Shown in pieces: positions 37,615-50,229 of a stretch of 64,000 nt of DNA. The DNA is from Mobula hypostoma (lineage: Eukaryota). Where the stretch lies: NCBI RefSeq assembly GCF_963921235.1, contig NC_086097.1, positions 176,578,001 to 176,642,000 on the forward strand, written 5' to 3'. Position numbers and translations under genes: made by a program. Each line of letters begins with the position of its first letter. Positions within the stretch are counted from its first letter, which is position 1. Under the pieces are notes generated by a model. It was given only the letters and a program-made list of their open reading frames with translations. It was not told the DNA's origin and did no database searches.

Positions 37615-38250
37615 ATTGGTATTGGTATTGCTATCAGTTTATTATTGTAACCTGTACCAATAATAAAATGAAATGCTTTTGTTTGCATGCCATCAAGACA
37701 GATGATTGCATACATAAGCACATTGAGATAGTAACAGATGGTAGCATATAGTCACAAGACAGATGATACAAGAGATTCTGCATAGGATGAATCTCTTGAG
37801 GATCACTTTGCATTTTGTGTGTGTTGGAGAAAATAGTGTTACAGTTATAGAGAAAGTGTAGTGCAGGTAGACAAATCAGGTGCGAGAGCATTAACAGATG
37901 AAGTATGAGAGCTCCTGCTTTAGTGTACGAGGGGTCCATTCGAGTGTCTGATAACAGTCGGGTAGTTGCCCTTGAGCTACGTGCGCTCAAGCTTTTGCAC
38001 TTTTTGCCCATGGAGGCAGTGAGAAGAGAGTATGATTAGAGGTGCTTAACATTCTCCAAAGGTAGTGGGAAGTTTAGATAAAGCTAATGGAGGAGAGATA
38101 GATTTGTGTGATGGACTAGGTTGTGATCACAGCTCTCTGCAATTTTTTGTGGTCTTGGGCAGAACAGTTGATGTACCAAACTGTGATGCTTCTATACATC
38201 TGGATAGAATGCCTTCTATGGTTCATTTATAAAAACTAGTGATGTTCACA
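37615..38250 (-). mobile_element. Rex1-type 3' fragment
   Basis: Antisense Rex1 3' UTR with (CAATAC)n tail. Confidence 0.65.
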
Positions 38251-38357
38251 AGTCCTACTAAAGGATCCATCTGAATGTAAAAAAAACTTGATGCTGAGAG
38301 TGTTGCCCTGGGTGAGACATCGATAATGGCTTGCTTGTCCTTCCAATACATTTTGAA

Positions 38358-38631
38358 CTCAAAATAATCTGCAGATGCTGGGATCAAAGCAACACTCACA
38401 ACACGCTGGACGAACTCAGCAGGTTGGGCAGTATCCGTGGGCCGGAACCCTTCGTCAGGACTGAAGAGGGAAGGGGCAGAGGCCCTATAGAGGCCCACCC
38501 TCCCCCACCTTCTTAATAGGGCCTCTTCCCCTTCCCTCTTCAGTCCTGACGAAGGGTTCCGGCCCGAAACGTCGACTCATCATTTCCACGGATGCTGCCC
38601 GACCTGCTGAGTTCATCCAGCATGTTGTGAG
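38358..38631. mobile_element. 274-bp fold-back Penelope mini-element with 13-bp TSD
   Basis: Long inverted arms. TSD AATA[C/G]ATTTTGAA at 38345-38357 and 38632-38644. Confidence 0.85.
38542..38577 (+). ncRNA. Minimal type-I hammerhead ribozyme motif
   Basis: AGTC-CTGACGA-A-GGGT-TCCG-GCCC-GAAA-C-GTC-GACT. The antisense partner at 38439-38463 lacks the GAAAC half. Confidence 0.8.
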
Positions 38632-39971
38632 AATAGATTTTGAAGATTTTAGGCAGTGGTACGAAAATTAAAGGACATAGATTTGAAGTGACAGGGGTAA
38701 AATAGACTTAGGGAAGAACATTTTCACACAGAGGGCAGTGGGTATATGAAATGAACTGCCAATCTGTATTTGGGCAGATACATAGATAGGATAGGTCATT
38801 CAGCCAAATGGTACTAGCTCAGTTAAGCACCTTGGTCATCATGGACAAGTTAAACTGAATGCCTATTTATGTGCTGTACAACTTTCACACTTCATGTCAT
38901 GGTCTAGAGAGAAGATATTACACTGGCTGAAACCTGACATGTTCACGTTAAAATGAAAGTAGTGGATACTGTAATGTGGAAATAACTGATCACAATAGTC
39001 AGCTTTGAAGTTAGATTGTGTTTATTTGAATGCAAAAAGCATTTAATAAACTTGCACAGCCAGGAACATTAGCAATAAATAACAGCTTATTCAGCAGAGT
39101 CTGCAATAGTTATTTTGCACCATATTACCAATTCCACTTTGAGCATGCTAACATGCATAAAGTTCTGCAGTAATATTTCAAGAAAGGTCATTTATGCTTC
39201 AAAACATCTCATTCTGAAAAGGTCAACCAATTAATTTGCAGGCACACCAGAGTTAAGATGTGGGATGCAGGAGATTAAATGTGGCTTTTATGGATCATGG
39301 GAGACGTAAATAAGAAAGGATGGCACCTGTCCCTATGGCAGATGGATCCCTAAATGAGGTACAAGTCTAAAGCAATAGATCCTGTGACCCAGAGTGTGTT
39401 GTTTCATTGCTGATGCAATGGTGGTTGTCAAACTTCCCCAGCAGCAGGCTGTATGGAATCTGTCCAGGAGGTGTGCGACAATGACAGTGCTGGAAGGTTA
39501 CTCCAGGTCTCTAAATATGAAATGATAGCTGAAAAGAAATGATAAGAAGACTTGCATTTGTGCAGTGCACAGAATTAAAGGGCACTGGTGAACATTGTTG
39601 ATCACCTGTTTTGTGAAAGATATCAGAATCACGTTTATTATCAACGACAAACATTGTGAAATTTGCTGATGTAAAAAATTACTAAAAATTTAACGATGAA
39701 AATAAATAAATAAATACTATAAAAGAGGAATAGTGAGGTAGTGTTCATGGACCATTCAGAAATCTGACGGCCGAGTGGAAGAAGCCATTCCTAAAAAATA
39801 GAGTCTGGGTCTCCTGTACCTCCTCTAGGTGTTGACTATGATGTCAGTTTAAACTAATCACATCTACCTGCATGTGGAGATAAAAGGTTCAGGGAAATCT
39901 ATGTAAGCAAATTGGAGCAAGTCTTATTAGAATTAAAATTGGTTTATTACTGTCACATGTACCGAGATACA

Positions 39972-40749
39972 ATAGGAAAACAGATTATTATCTGAATGGT
40001 GGCCGATTAGGAAAAGGGGAGGTGCAACGAGACCTGGGTGTCATTATACACCAGTCATTGAAAGTGGGCGTGCAGGTACAGCAGGCGGTGAAAAAGGCGA
40101 ACGGTATGCTGGCATTTATAGCGAGAGGATTCGAGTACAGGAGCAGGGAGGTACTACTGCAGTTGTACAAGGCCTTGGTGAGACCACACCTGGAGTATTG
40201 TGTGCAGTTTTGGTCCCCTAATCTGAGGAAAGACATCTTTGCCATAGAGGGAGTACAAAGTAGGTTCACCAGATTGATTCCTGGGATGGCAGGACTTTCA
40301 TATGAAGAAAGACTGGATGAATTGGGCTTGTACTCGTTGGAATTTAGAAGATTGAGGGGGGATCTGATTGAAACGTATAAGATCCTAAAAGGATTGGACA
40401 GGCTAGATGCGGGAAGATTGTTCCCGATGTTGGGGAGGTCTAGAACGAGGGGTCACAGTTTGAGGATAGAGGGGAAGCCTTTTAGGACCGAGGTTAGGAA
40501 AAACTTCTTCACACAGAGAGTGGTGAATCTGTGGAATTCTCTGCCACAGCAAACTGTTGAGGCCAGTTCATTAGCTATGTTTAAAAGGAAGTTAGATATG
40601 GCCCTTGTGGCTACAGGGGTCAGGGGGTATGGAGGGAAGGCTGGGTTCTGAGTTGGATGATCAGCCATGATCATAATAAATGGCGGTGCAGGCTCGAAGG
40701 GCCGAATGGCCTACTCCTGCACCTATTTTCTATGTTTCTATGTTTCTAT
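39972..40749 (+). mobile_element. Young CR1 LINE 3' end with open 209-aa ORF2 C-terminus, inserted in a minus-strand Rex1 tail (39935-41250)
   Basis: ORF 40022-40651 reads RDLGV...KKANGMLAFIARG...LYKALVRPHLEYCVQFWSP...FFTQRVVNLWNSLP. (TTTCTATG)n tail. GATACA duplicated at 39966-39971 and 40750-40755. Confidence 0.95.
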
Positions 40750-42107
40750 GATACAGTGAAAATCTCATTTGGCAGATTAATAGACTACAACAGTACATTG
40801 AGGTAGAACAATAACTGAAAGCAGAACGGTTACAGAGAAAGTGCAGTGCAGGTAGACAACAAGGTCCAACATCATAACTTATGACTGTGTGGTCAAGAGT
40901 ACATCTTATCATAGCAGGGATGGGAGAAGCGAGAAGTGGGAATGTCTGGGATTGGAGGGGTGGTGGGGTGAGGGGGAGGATCTTTGGTTCTGTAGGCTGC
41001 TTTAACAAGGCAGTTGGAAGTGTAGGTAGTGTCCGAAGGGTGGCTGGTTTCTGTAATGTGCTTATCTGTGTCCACAGCTCTCTACAATTTCTTGCAATTT
41101 CCTGCCGTATCAAGCCACGATGCGTCTGCATAGGATTTTCTCAGTGGAGCATCGATAAAAATTGGTAAGGGTTAACGGGGACATGCTGAATTTCTTTAGC
41201 CTCTTGAGGAAGTTGTGGCATTGGTGAACATTTTTGGCTATGGTGTTACATGGTGTCAAGAAGGAGGGGGTCTTAAGTGTCATAGGAGGCATACAGATTG
41301 ATTATTTTCACGACGCAGAGCGTAACGGCACTGATTATTTGTTGTCAAGTGATCAGAAATAAGGTCATTTCTACCATAGCTGTTGCCAAGTGGACTAGCA
41401 CTGTCCTGGGACTAATCAGCTTTGGAGGTAAAGAGATTGCAGTAAAACAGCAATCATGGCTGATCATTCAGGATGGTAACAGGTTGAACTACCAAGATTT
41501 CCACCTGGGACTGAATGGGCCAATCATTTCTGGTTTCTCAGAACATAAGTAGTTTTGCACATAATCATTAACATTAAGTTAATGAAGTAACCTGCTACGA
41601 TGTCTTTACAAGTGTTCATCAGGCTTTTGGACAGGCACATGAACAGATAGAGAAGGGAATTATGTGGATCATGTGCTGGCAGAAGGGATTTTGTTTTATT
41701 TGATATTGTGTTTATATGGATTGAACGGCCTGTTCCATGTTCTATGTTCTACATTCCAGGTCAACAGCTTAAGTAAAGACACAGTTTACTGAATACAATA
41801 GCATTATTGGATCGCAAATAAGCTCTGATGGAGGGTATTTGGTCTGAAATATTATTTGTTTTGCTTTTCACGGATGTTGCCTGACATGAGTTTTTCCAGA
41901 ACTTTCTATTTTTATTTCAATATAATTAAATTCTTATTTGTAATTACCTGCTAATTTAAGTGGGTAACTCAAGAAGATGGCAGTGAGCTTAATTAATGTC
42001 ATTGCTCAGTACAACAGTGTGCTTTTCTGCAAGAATGGGAGCTATTGATAGAGTAGAAAGCCGGTATCTTTTGTCCATGGTGGAAATATCAAACACTGGA
42101 GGACATA

Positions 42108-43510
42108 CCCTTGTTCAAAAAGGGTAGTAGGGATAGTCCAGGTAATTATAGACTAGTGAGCCTTATGTCTATGGTGGGAAAGCTGTTGGAAAAGATCCTT
42201 AGAGATAGGATCTGTGGGCATTTAGAGAATCATGGTCTGATCAGGAACAGTCAGCATGGCTTTGTGAAGGGCAGATTGTGCCTAACAAGCCTGATAGAGT
42301 TCTTTGAAGAAGTGACCAGGCATATAGATGAGCGTAGTGAAGCGGATGTGATCTATATGGATTTTAGTAAGGCATTTGACAAGGTTCCACATGGTAGGCT
42401 TATTCAGAAGGTCAGAAAGCATGGGATCCAGGGAAGTTTGGCCAGGTGGATTCAGAATTGGCTTGCCTGCAGAAGGCAGAGGGTGGTGGTGGAGGGAGTA
42501 CATTCAGATTGGAGGGTTGTGACTAGCGGTGTCCCACAAGGATCAGTTCTGGGACCTCTACTTTTCGTGATTTTTATTAACGACCTCGATGTGGGGGTAG
42601 AAGGGTGGGTTGGCAAGTTTGCAGACGACACAAAGGTTGGTGGTGTTTGTAGATAGTGTAGAGGATTGTCAAAGATTGCAGAGAGACATTGATAGGATGC
42701 AGAAGTGGGCTGAGAAGTGACAGATGGAGTTCAACCCGGAGAAGTGTGAGGTGGCACTTTGGAAGGACAAACTCCAAGGTAGAGTACAAAGTAAATGGCA
42801 GGATACTTGGTAGTGTGGAGGAACAGAGGGATCTCGGGGTACATGTCCACAGATCCTTGAAAGTTGCCTCACAGGTAGATAGGGTAGTTAAGAAAGTTTA
42901 TGAGGTGTTAGCTTTCATAAGTTGAGGGACAGAGTTTAAGAGTCGCAAGGTAATGATGCAGCTCTGTAAAACTCTGGTTAGACCACACTTGGAGTACTGT
43001 GTCCAGTTCTGGTTGCCTCACTATAGGAAGGATATAGACGCATTGGAAAGGGTACAGAGGAGATTTACCAGGATGCTGCCTGGTTTAGAGAGTATGGATT
43101 ATAATCAGAGATTAAGGGAGCTAGGGCTTTACTCTTTGGAGAGAAGGAGGATGAGAGGAGACATGATAGAGGTATACAAGATATTAAGAGGAATTGGTAG
43201 AGTGGATAGCAAGCGCCTCTTCCCCAGGGCACCACTGCTCAATACAAGAGCACATGACTTTAAGGTAAGGAGTGGGAAGTTCAAGGGGGATATTAGAGGT
43301 TTTTTACTCAGCGAGTGGTTGGTGCGTGGAATGCGCTGCCTGAGTCAGTGGTGGAGGCAGATATACTGGTGAAATTTAAGAGACTACTGGACAGGTATAT
43401 GGAGGATTTTAAGGTGGGGGGTTATATGGGAGGCAGGGTTTGAAGGTCAGCACAACGTTGTGGGCTGAAGTGCCTGTACTGTGCTGTACTGTTCTATGTT
43501 CTATGTTCTA
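42108..43510 (+). mobile_element. CR1 LINE (RT to 3' end) nested in an older CR1 tail
   Basis: FKKGSRD.PGNYR.VSL...[18 protein letters not shown]...[11 protein letters not shown]...[21 protein letters not shown]...KFADDTK; (TGTTCTA)n tail. Confidence 0.95.
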
Positions 43511-43812
43511 TACATTTAAGGAGAAAGGTGGACTATTCAAAGGAGATGTGTGGGGCAAGTTTTCTAGCATAGAGAATGGTTGATGCCTAGAATTGCCAGT
43601 CAGTACAGGGACTGCAGGGATATGGACTAGGTGTCGTTAGATTAGTTAGTCCCAACATTGTGGGCTGAAGGCCTGTTTTTACACTGTTCTATGTTTTATT
43701 ATAGAGACTGATGGATGAACAGAATTTGGAAAGAGGGTGATAATAGTCTGGCAAATATTCTACCAGAGAGATCTTGTGGAAGGATTCGCCCTTCCATATT
43801 GTCTCATTAATG

Positions 43813-44943
43813 TGTCATGGTCCGGTCCGTGAAGTCTGCATTCCGGTTCATGGTCCGGTCCTTGGATTCAGGACTCCGGGTCTTCCAGCTGTCCCTTGTT
43901 TTGTTTGAGTTAATCATAGGCACCTGATTCCCATCTTGTAGCTTGGAATATAAATAGCCTTGAGGTCAAGTGTGGGTAGTTGGTTTATCTTGTCAAGATA
44001 CCCTGGGAGCAACCTGCTGGTGGAAGGCTCTAATGGCCACTTGCCATCTTAAGGCTGCATTGGGGAATCATCCCCTCATGCAGCCTTGCTGTCAGTATTC
44101 GGAGCTGTCTTTGTGGTATGGATTTGGCTGTTTCCTGGGCCAGCTGAGTGGCTGTCAGCCACTCTGAGCTAGGTAGAGATCTGGCTGTTTCTGTAGCCAG
44201 CCAAGGTTGCTGACCGTGACTGCTACTGGGAGCAACCCCAATGCAGAGACGGAACTGTCTGTCATTCTTTGGTGTTTGTCTCTTCTTGTCCTCTCCTCTG
44301 TGGGGTAAGTCAGCCCATTCTGCTGTTGCCCTGCGGGGGGGGGGGGGGATCTGTCTTGTCCTTGCCTCTGTGGAGTAAGTCAGGCTGTTCTGCTGTTACC
44401 CGACGGATGGTCCTGTCCCACCTTGGTGTGGAGAAGAAGTTGAGTCCCGGCTTGTCTAAGTATAAGTCCCAGCTCTATGTCTATGTACTGCCCTGTCTCA
44501 TGTTGGTGTCGTATTAAAGATGAGTCCCGGCTCTATGTTGATGTACAGTTCCCAGTCTGCTCTGAGCTCCAGCCTCCGAGTTATCAGCCTCTGCATTCCA
44601 AGAGCCAAGAACCCAGCCTGCACACCTCAAGCCTCTAGACCCCAGCCATATCCTGTCCTGTAGTCATGACATGTCCTTACCTGGTTCTGGGGCTTGAGCT
44701 CAAGGCAAGACCCAGGTTCTGGGTCCTTGTCCAGTCTCTGGCTCGGAGCCCAAGCCCAGGCTCCTAGTGCATAGTCCCTTGTCCGGGTTCCCTGTCTTGT
44801 CCAAGTCCTAGCCCAAGTCTGCGTTCTTGTCTCTGCTCCTTGTCTGTATCCTGTCACGTCCCTACTCTAGTCAAGTCCTGTTCCTTGTACTTCAGTGTCT
44901 ATGTCTTGCACTTGGGTCCGTTTGCAATGCCCCCATTGTGACA
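43813..44943 (+). mobile_element. Solo LTR (1131 bp), Gypsy-like
   Basis: TGTCA...TGACA termini. Flanks TAATG (43808-43812) and CAATG (44944-44948). TATAAATA near 43948. Confidence 0.8.
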
Positions 44944-45610
44944 CAATGTGTAAAAGACACTTAATTTGTTTCAGTGAAAGTAAAACTTAGAATATTGAAA
45001 ACTGAATAGTATAGCATAGCAGATGTCCTTTGGCCCATGATGTGGTGCTGACCTTTTGAGCTACTCCAAGATTAATCTAACCCTTCCCTTCTGCATAGCC
45101 CATAACCTTTATTTTTTCTTTCATCCATGTGCCTATCCAAGAGTTTCAGCCTCTACCACCAACCCTGGAAGTGTATTCCAGGTGCCTAACACTCTATAAA
45201 CAATGTACCTCTGACATCCCCCCGCCCCATAACTTCCTTTGATGTCCTCTCGTATTGCCCATTATCATCCTGTGAAAAAGTTGCTGTATGTCCACTCTAT
45301 CTATGCCTCTTATAGATGCCTCTATTAAATTATCAAGTTGCCGCTCATCCTCCTCTGCTCCAAAGAGAAGCCAAAGCTCACTCAATATCTCTCTGAAGAT
45401 AAGATATCGGAATAGGAGGGAGAGCTCCCCTGCCTTTCTTCACAAGGACTTTACCATTGCCATTGTTTTATCCCTCCCATCAGCATTTGGAGCCCACTGA
45501 ATTCATTGTTTTTCTAAAAACAAGGGACATAAAAAAGTTCCGCATGGGACAGGCCATTCAGCCCACAATGTCTGTGATGACATATTAAACTAATCTCATC
45601 CGCCTCTAGA

Positions 45611-45918
45611 TGTTACAAGACACTCCCAACCACGCCAGTTTCTGGGTTCACACTCTAACCCTCTGGAGTATGGAAAATTGGTGTGGCCCCCTTAAGGGTT
45701 CAGGACTGTCCTGCTAATTGGCAATCATGTTTTGGGTGCCGAGAATTGAATATTTAAAGAGCACCTGACCAGGGCCTCAGCGCTCAATCGTAAGTCTCAC
45801 TGGAGATAGCGTCTAACATTTTCTTTTTGCTCAGTTCTCATTCCAGCTTTATACCGTGCCTTCAGATACTCTAGCATCTGGGTCCTAACCATCCTTGTCA
45901 AGGTCTTTCATCACAACA
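45611..45918 (+). mobile_element. Possible short solo LTR inside a CR1 tail
   Basis: TGTTA...CAACA ends interrupting a minus-strand CR1 3' UTR; no clean TSD. Confidence 0.4.
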
Positions 45919-46199
45919 CATGAATTATTTCCCTCAGTCCCCATCATCTTCATGTACAGTAACTATCTAAAAGCCTCAAGTATTACACTATCATATCTGC
46001 TTCCACCACTATCCCTGGCAGCTTGTTCCAGGTGCCTAGTGACCTCTGTGTTTAAAAATAAAAAAATAAATCTCATCCCCTACATCTCTTTTCATTTTTC
46101 CCTCTATTAGTGATCATTTTGTAGACTTGGGTAGTCTAATGAAAAGGGGCAAAGGCACTGCAGGAGATATTTTGTTCATCACCAAAGAAAATAAAATAT

Positions 46200-46430
46200 G
46201 TGACTCAGTGGTAGCACATGCTGCGCAGTTTGACAGCGGAGTTGAATCTGAACCTTCACCAGAGAACTAATCATGCAATAAAGGTTCATGCTCCTGGTTC
46301 AGTACCAAGGGAGTGCTGCTCTCTCGGACATACAACCACCCAGCTGAATAATTAAACCAGTGCCTGGCACTGACCTGTTGCAGTGAAGTGAAGAGGAATG
46401 CCCTACCACTATTTATACTGCATCAACCCC
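46200..46430 (+). mobile_element. Ancient DeuSINE/AmnSINE-like SINE remnant
   Basis: GTGACTCAGTGGTAGCAC head and CAGTACCAAGGGAGTGCTGC..TCTCGGA Deu-like core, recognised from recalled consensus. Confidence 0.5.
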
Positions 46431-46444
46431 AATGCTTTCTATCA

Positions 46445-47100
46445 TCGGATAAGGCACTGAGTACATGATTTTGAATTTCCATGTTACAACTGTACAGAAC
46501 ATTGGAGAGACAGCACTTGGAATACTGTGTTCAGCTCTGGTTGCCATAATATAGGAAGGATGTGATTGAGCTAGCGAGGTCGCAGGAAAGGTTCACAAAC
46601 ATGTTACCAAGAATGGAGGGCTTGTGTTACGAGGAACGACTAGATAGTCTGGGACTGTTTTCCCCGGAGTAAAGGAGGCTGAAGGATTACTTCACTTATT
46701 TTATGAGGAAAGGTTGAGTGAGCTGGGGCATTTCTCCTTGGAATGAAAGAGGATGAGAAGCAACTTGATTGAGGTACATAACCTTATGGAGAAGCATGGA
46801 CAGAGTGGCCAACCAGAACCTTTTCTTTTTCCCAGAGCAGTGGCCAATACCAGAAGATGTCCATTTACGGTGAGTGGAAGAAAGTTTAGGAGATGCGTCA
46901 GATATTACACACAGAGTGGTAAGTGCCTGGAATGCCTAGGCTTGTGAAACAGGCTGATACAATAGGGTCTTTCATTAAAAAAGCTCTTCGATGGGTACAT
47001 GGGTGTAAGAAAAACGGAGGGTTATGGGCTATGGAGGAGGGACGGGCTAGAATGATCACGGTGTATGCTTATATTGGTTAACACAACATCATGGGATGAA
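46445..47100 (+). mobile_element. CR1 3' fragments (two, nested)
   Basis: HLEYCVQLWLP.YRKDVI and RMRSNLIEV motifs. Confidence 0.75.
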
Positions 47101-47104
47101 TATT

Positions 47105-48230
47105 CAAGATTCAGGATTGTTAAATGTCATTTCCTTCACAAGTGTAAAGGAGAACAAAATAATTGTTACTTAAACCATTTAAATTTAAGGAGAGAGAGTA
47201 AAGATTTAAAGGGGACCGGAGAAGCAATTCTTTTCACATAGAGGGTTGCGAATGAGCTGCTAGAGGAAGTGGTAGAGGTAAATACAATAACATTTAGAAG
47301 ACATTTGGACAAGTTCATGGATAGGAAAGGTTTAGAGCTCCAGATTCAATGCAGCACAAAACATAAAAAAGATAAAGATAATAATAATAATATTAATAAT
47401 AAACACAACAAATATAAATGCATAAGATAGCTTATACAATAGATTGATTGTCTGTCCATAAAGTGAAGCTATGCACAGGAATGTCTGAATGTCTGTACAT
47501 AAGGTGACTGACAGGAAATAATAAAGTAGTGGTGATTGGGGACGTGGACAGGTGGGTAAAGTAATTGTTTTTGTCTGGTGGGCCTGGAGTGGATATTATG
47601 TTGATCCTCCCTGATGGGAGTGGGACAATCAGTCCATGGGCAGGATGGGAAAGATCCTTCATGATGTTACTGGTCTTTATCCTTTGATGGTGGTTAGGCT
47701 GGTGCCGCTGATGCAATGGGCAGGTTTGGCTACCACACCATCTGTCTACCACAGTGCAGTTTCCATAGCAAGCAGTGACATATCTTATTAGGATGCTCTC
47801 TACTGTGCATCTGTAACATAATGTGAGTATGGATGTACACCATCCAGCTCTCTTCAGCCTCAGAAAATGGAAGTATTGGTGAGCTTTCCTGACTGTGTAC
47901 GATGTGTCTGGGATTATGAGAAGTTGTGTGAGACGTGAACTCTCAGGAGTTTGAAGCTGCTTGCAGTTTCCTCTGCTATGTCACCAATGTAAAGGGGAGT
48001 GTGAGTGGTGTGAGTTCTCCTGAAGTCAATAACCATCTCCTTCGTCTTGCTGACATTAAGGAAGAGGTTATTTACCTGGCACCAACCAGCCTCGAGCTCT
48101 TCCACTCCCTTTCTCCAGACCGTCTCATCACTGCTGGTAATGAACTGCACCACTGTCATGTCAAGGGTAAACTTGACAATGCGATTACTTGTGTAAGAGT
48201 GTGTACTGAGCTGTACAGTTCTATGTCCTA
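47105..48230 (-). mobile_element. Rex1-type LINE fragment
   Basis: WCQVNNLFLNVSKTKEMVIDFRR (ORF 47914-48159) and DLSHPAHGL..PLPSGR. Confidence 0.8.
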
Positions 48231-49094
48231 TGTTAGTTTTATAGAGATATCAAAATCATGAGGGGCATATATAAGCTGAATGGCTACAGTCTATTATCCA
48301 GGGTAAAGGAGTCTAAAATTAGACTGTTTAAATTTAAGGAGGGAGGCAAAAGATTTAAAGGAGACCTGCTGGGCATTTTTTTTTCACATAGAGGGTTGGG
48401 AGTATATGGAATGAGCTGCTAGAGGAAGTGGTAGAGGTAGATACAATTATAACATTTAAAGGACATTTGGACAAGTTTGTGGATAGGAAAAGTTTAGAAC
48501 AATATGGGAAACAATATAGGCAAATAGGACCAGCTCGGGTTCTGTTCCTGCGAGCTGTTTATACCTAAACAGTTTACAAATCAGAAATATGGTCGCCAAT
48601 TGAGTTCCCACATTTCCGAGATATCTACAGCCAACACAGAAGCTGACAAGTATATCCTGCTCATCTCCCAAATGCTCATTCATATTTATGAGCTGGATGT
48701 AATTTGAGGGATTGTAATCTGTGGAGGATCTGTATATGACTTTACTAACTACAGTATAAAGAATTTCAGGAGGCATTGGATTAACTTACTATATTGAAAT
48801 CATTAATCTGTATTGCTTTTTAGTGACCTTATTAAAAATATGGAATCAAATGGCTTCTCAAACACCTGCAACTCTCCGCCTCATATCCACATGTGAGTCT
48901 GACTAGTCTAAGATTCCCAAGTGAAGTTTTAGTTAATTTAAAACTGCAATAAGTATGTGTCTCATAATTTTGAATTCACAATTTTAATTTACAATGGGAA
49001 TTATGAAATGAATTTTTAAAAATGAACTTTTTAAACATATATCACTTTTCCATTAATAAATAACAAGGTAATTTACGGTTATAATAATATAAAA

Positions 49095-50115
49095 CCCAGA
49101 GAATGTAATGTTATCTACCAGTGTAGTGTGATGTCCATTGGCAGTGGGAGAACAAAATGAAAACAGGCAAATGTGAGGGGAAGGAGTGAAACAAGAACTT
49201 GCAGATGATGGGTGGATCGAGGTGAGGAAGGTTGATAAACAGATGGAGGAAGGGAGAGTAGGAATGGTGACAGAAGCTCGGAGGTAATAGGTGCAAGTGG
49301 CAAAGGCTGCAGATGGTGGAAATCTAATTTTTCCTGCACAGTCTACAACCCGATGGCATGAACATTGAATTCTCCAATTTTAGGTCAACAGCTTCCTTTT
49401 TCTTTCCCTCCTTGACTACCCAGTTCCTCCCACACCCACCTCAACTTTCATCACTCTGCTTCTTTCCACTCTCCACCCACTCCATCTTCCTCTCCTATTA
49501 CTTCCCATTATCTGCAGATCGCAGAGAAGATGCGAGGAGGTTGTGGGGACTGAAGGGCCTAAGTTATAGGGAAAGGTTAGCCAGGTTAGGTTTTTTCTCA
49601 TTGAGACATAGGAAAAGAGGGGCAAACTTACAGCCATGTTTAAAATTATGAGAAGCATAGGTAAAATGGTTGGTAACTGTCTTTTCCCCAGGTACGGGAG
49701 TCCAAAGCTAGGGGCATAGATTTAGGGTGAGAACAGAAAGATTCAAGTAGGACTTGATTGGCACCCGTTTTCACCCAGAGTGGTAAGTGTACGGACTAGC
49801 TACCAGAGGAAGTGGTTGAGACAGGTACAATAGTATCATTTAAAAAGCACTTAGATATGTACATGGAGGGGAGAGGCTTGGAGGGAAATGGGCAAGAAAT
49901 TCAGACTAGCTGGATGGACAATGCATTTGGCAGGGACTTGTTGGGCTGAAGGGCCTGTAGCAAAGCCATGTTGCTATTTAATCTAAGACTCTATGAAGAC
50001 AGGTGAGATGTCTCAACCGAAATCAGCAGGAGTTCATTTCCTACCACAAATCCTGACCTGTTAGGTTCTTCCAACACTTTATGTGTTGCTCCAGATACCA
50101 GCATCTGCCATCTCT
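49095..50115. mobile_element. Old Penelope element with inverted 5' arm, interrupted by a plus-strand CR1 (49520-49995)
   Basis: LQPDGMNIEFSNF at 49340-49385; GA-rich arm on the left and CT-rich arm on the right; Penelope tail CCAGCATCTGC near 50100. Confidence 0.6.
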
Positions 50116-50229
50116 AGTGTCCATGTCTTTCACCAAAATTTTAAATCCCTGATCGTTGAATCACTGAAAATATAAAAAGATTCCCTCTCTATAACAGAGA
50201 TGTGTAAGTAACAAAGTATCACCTCGGGA

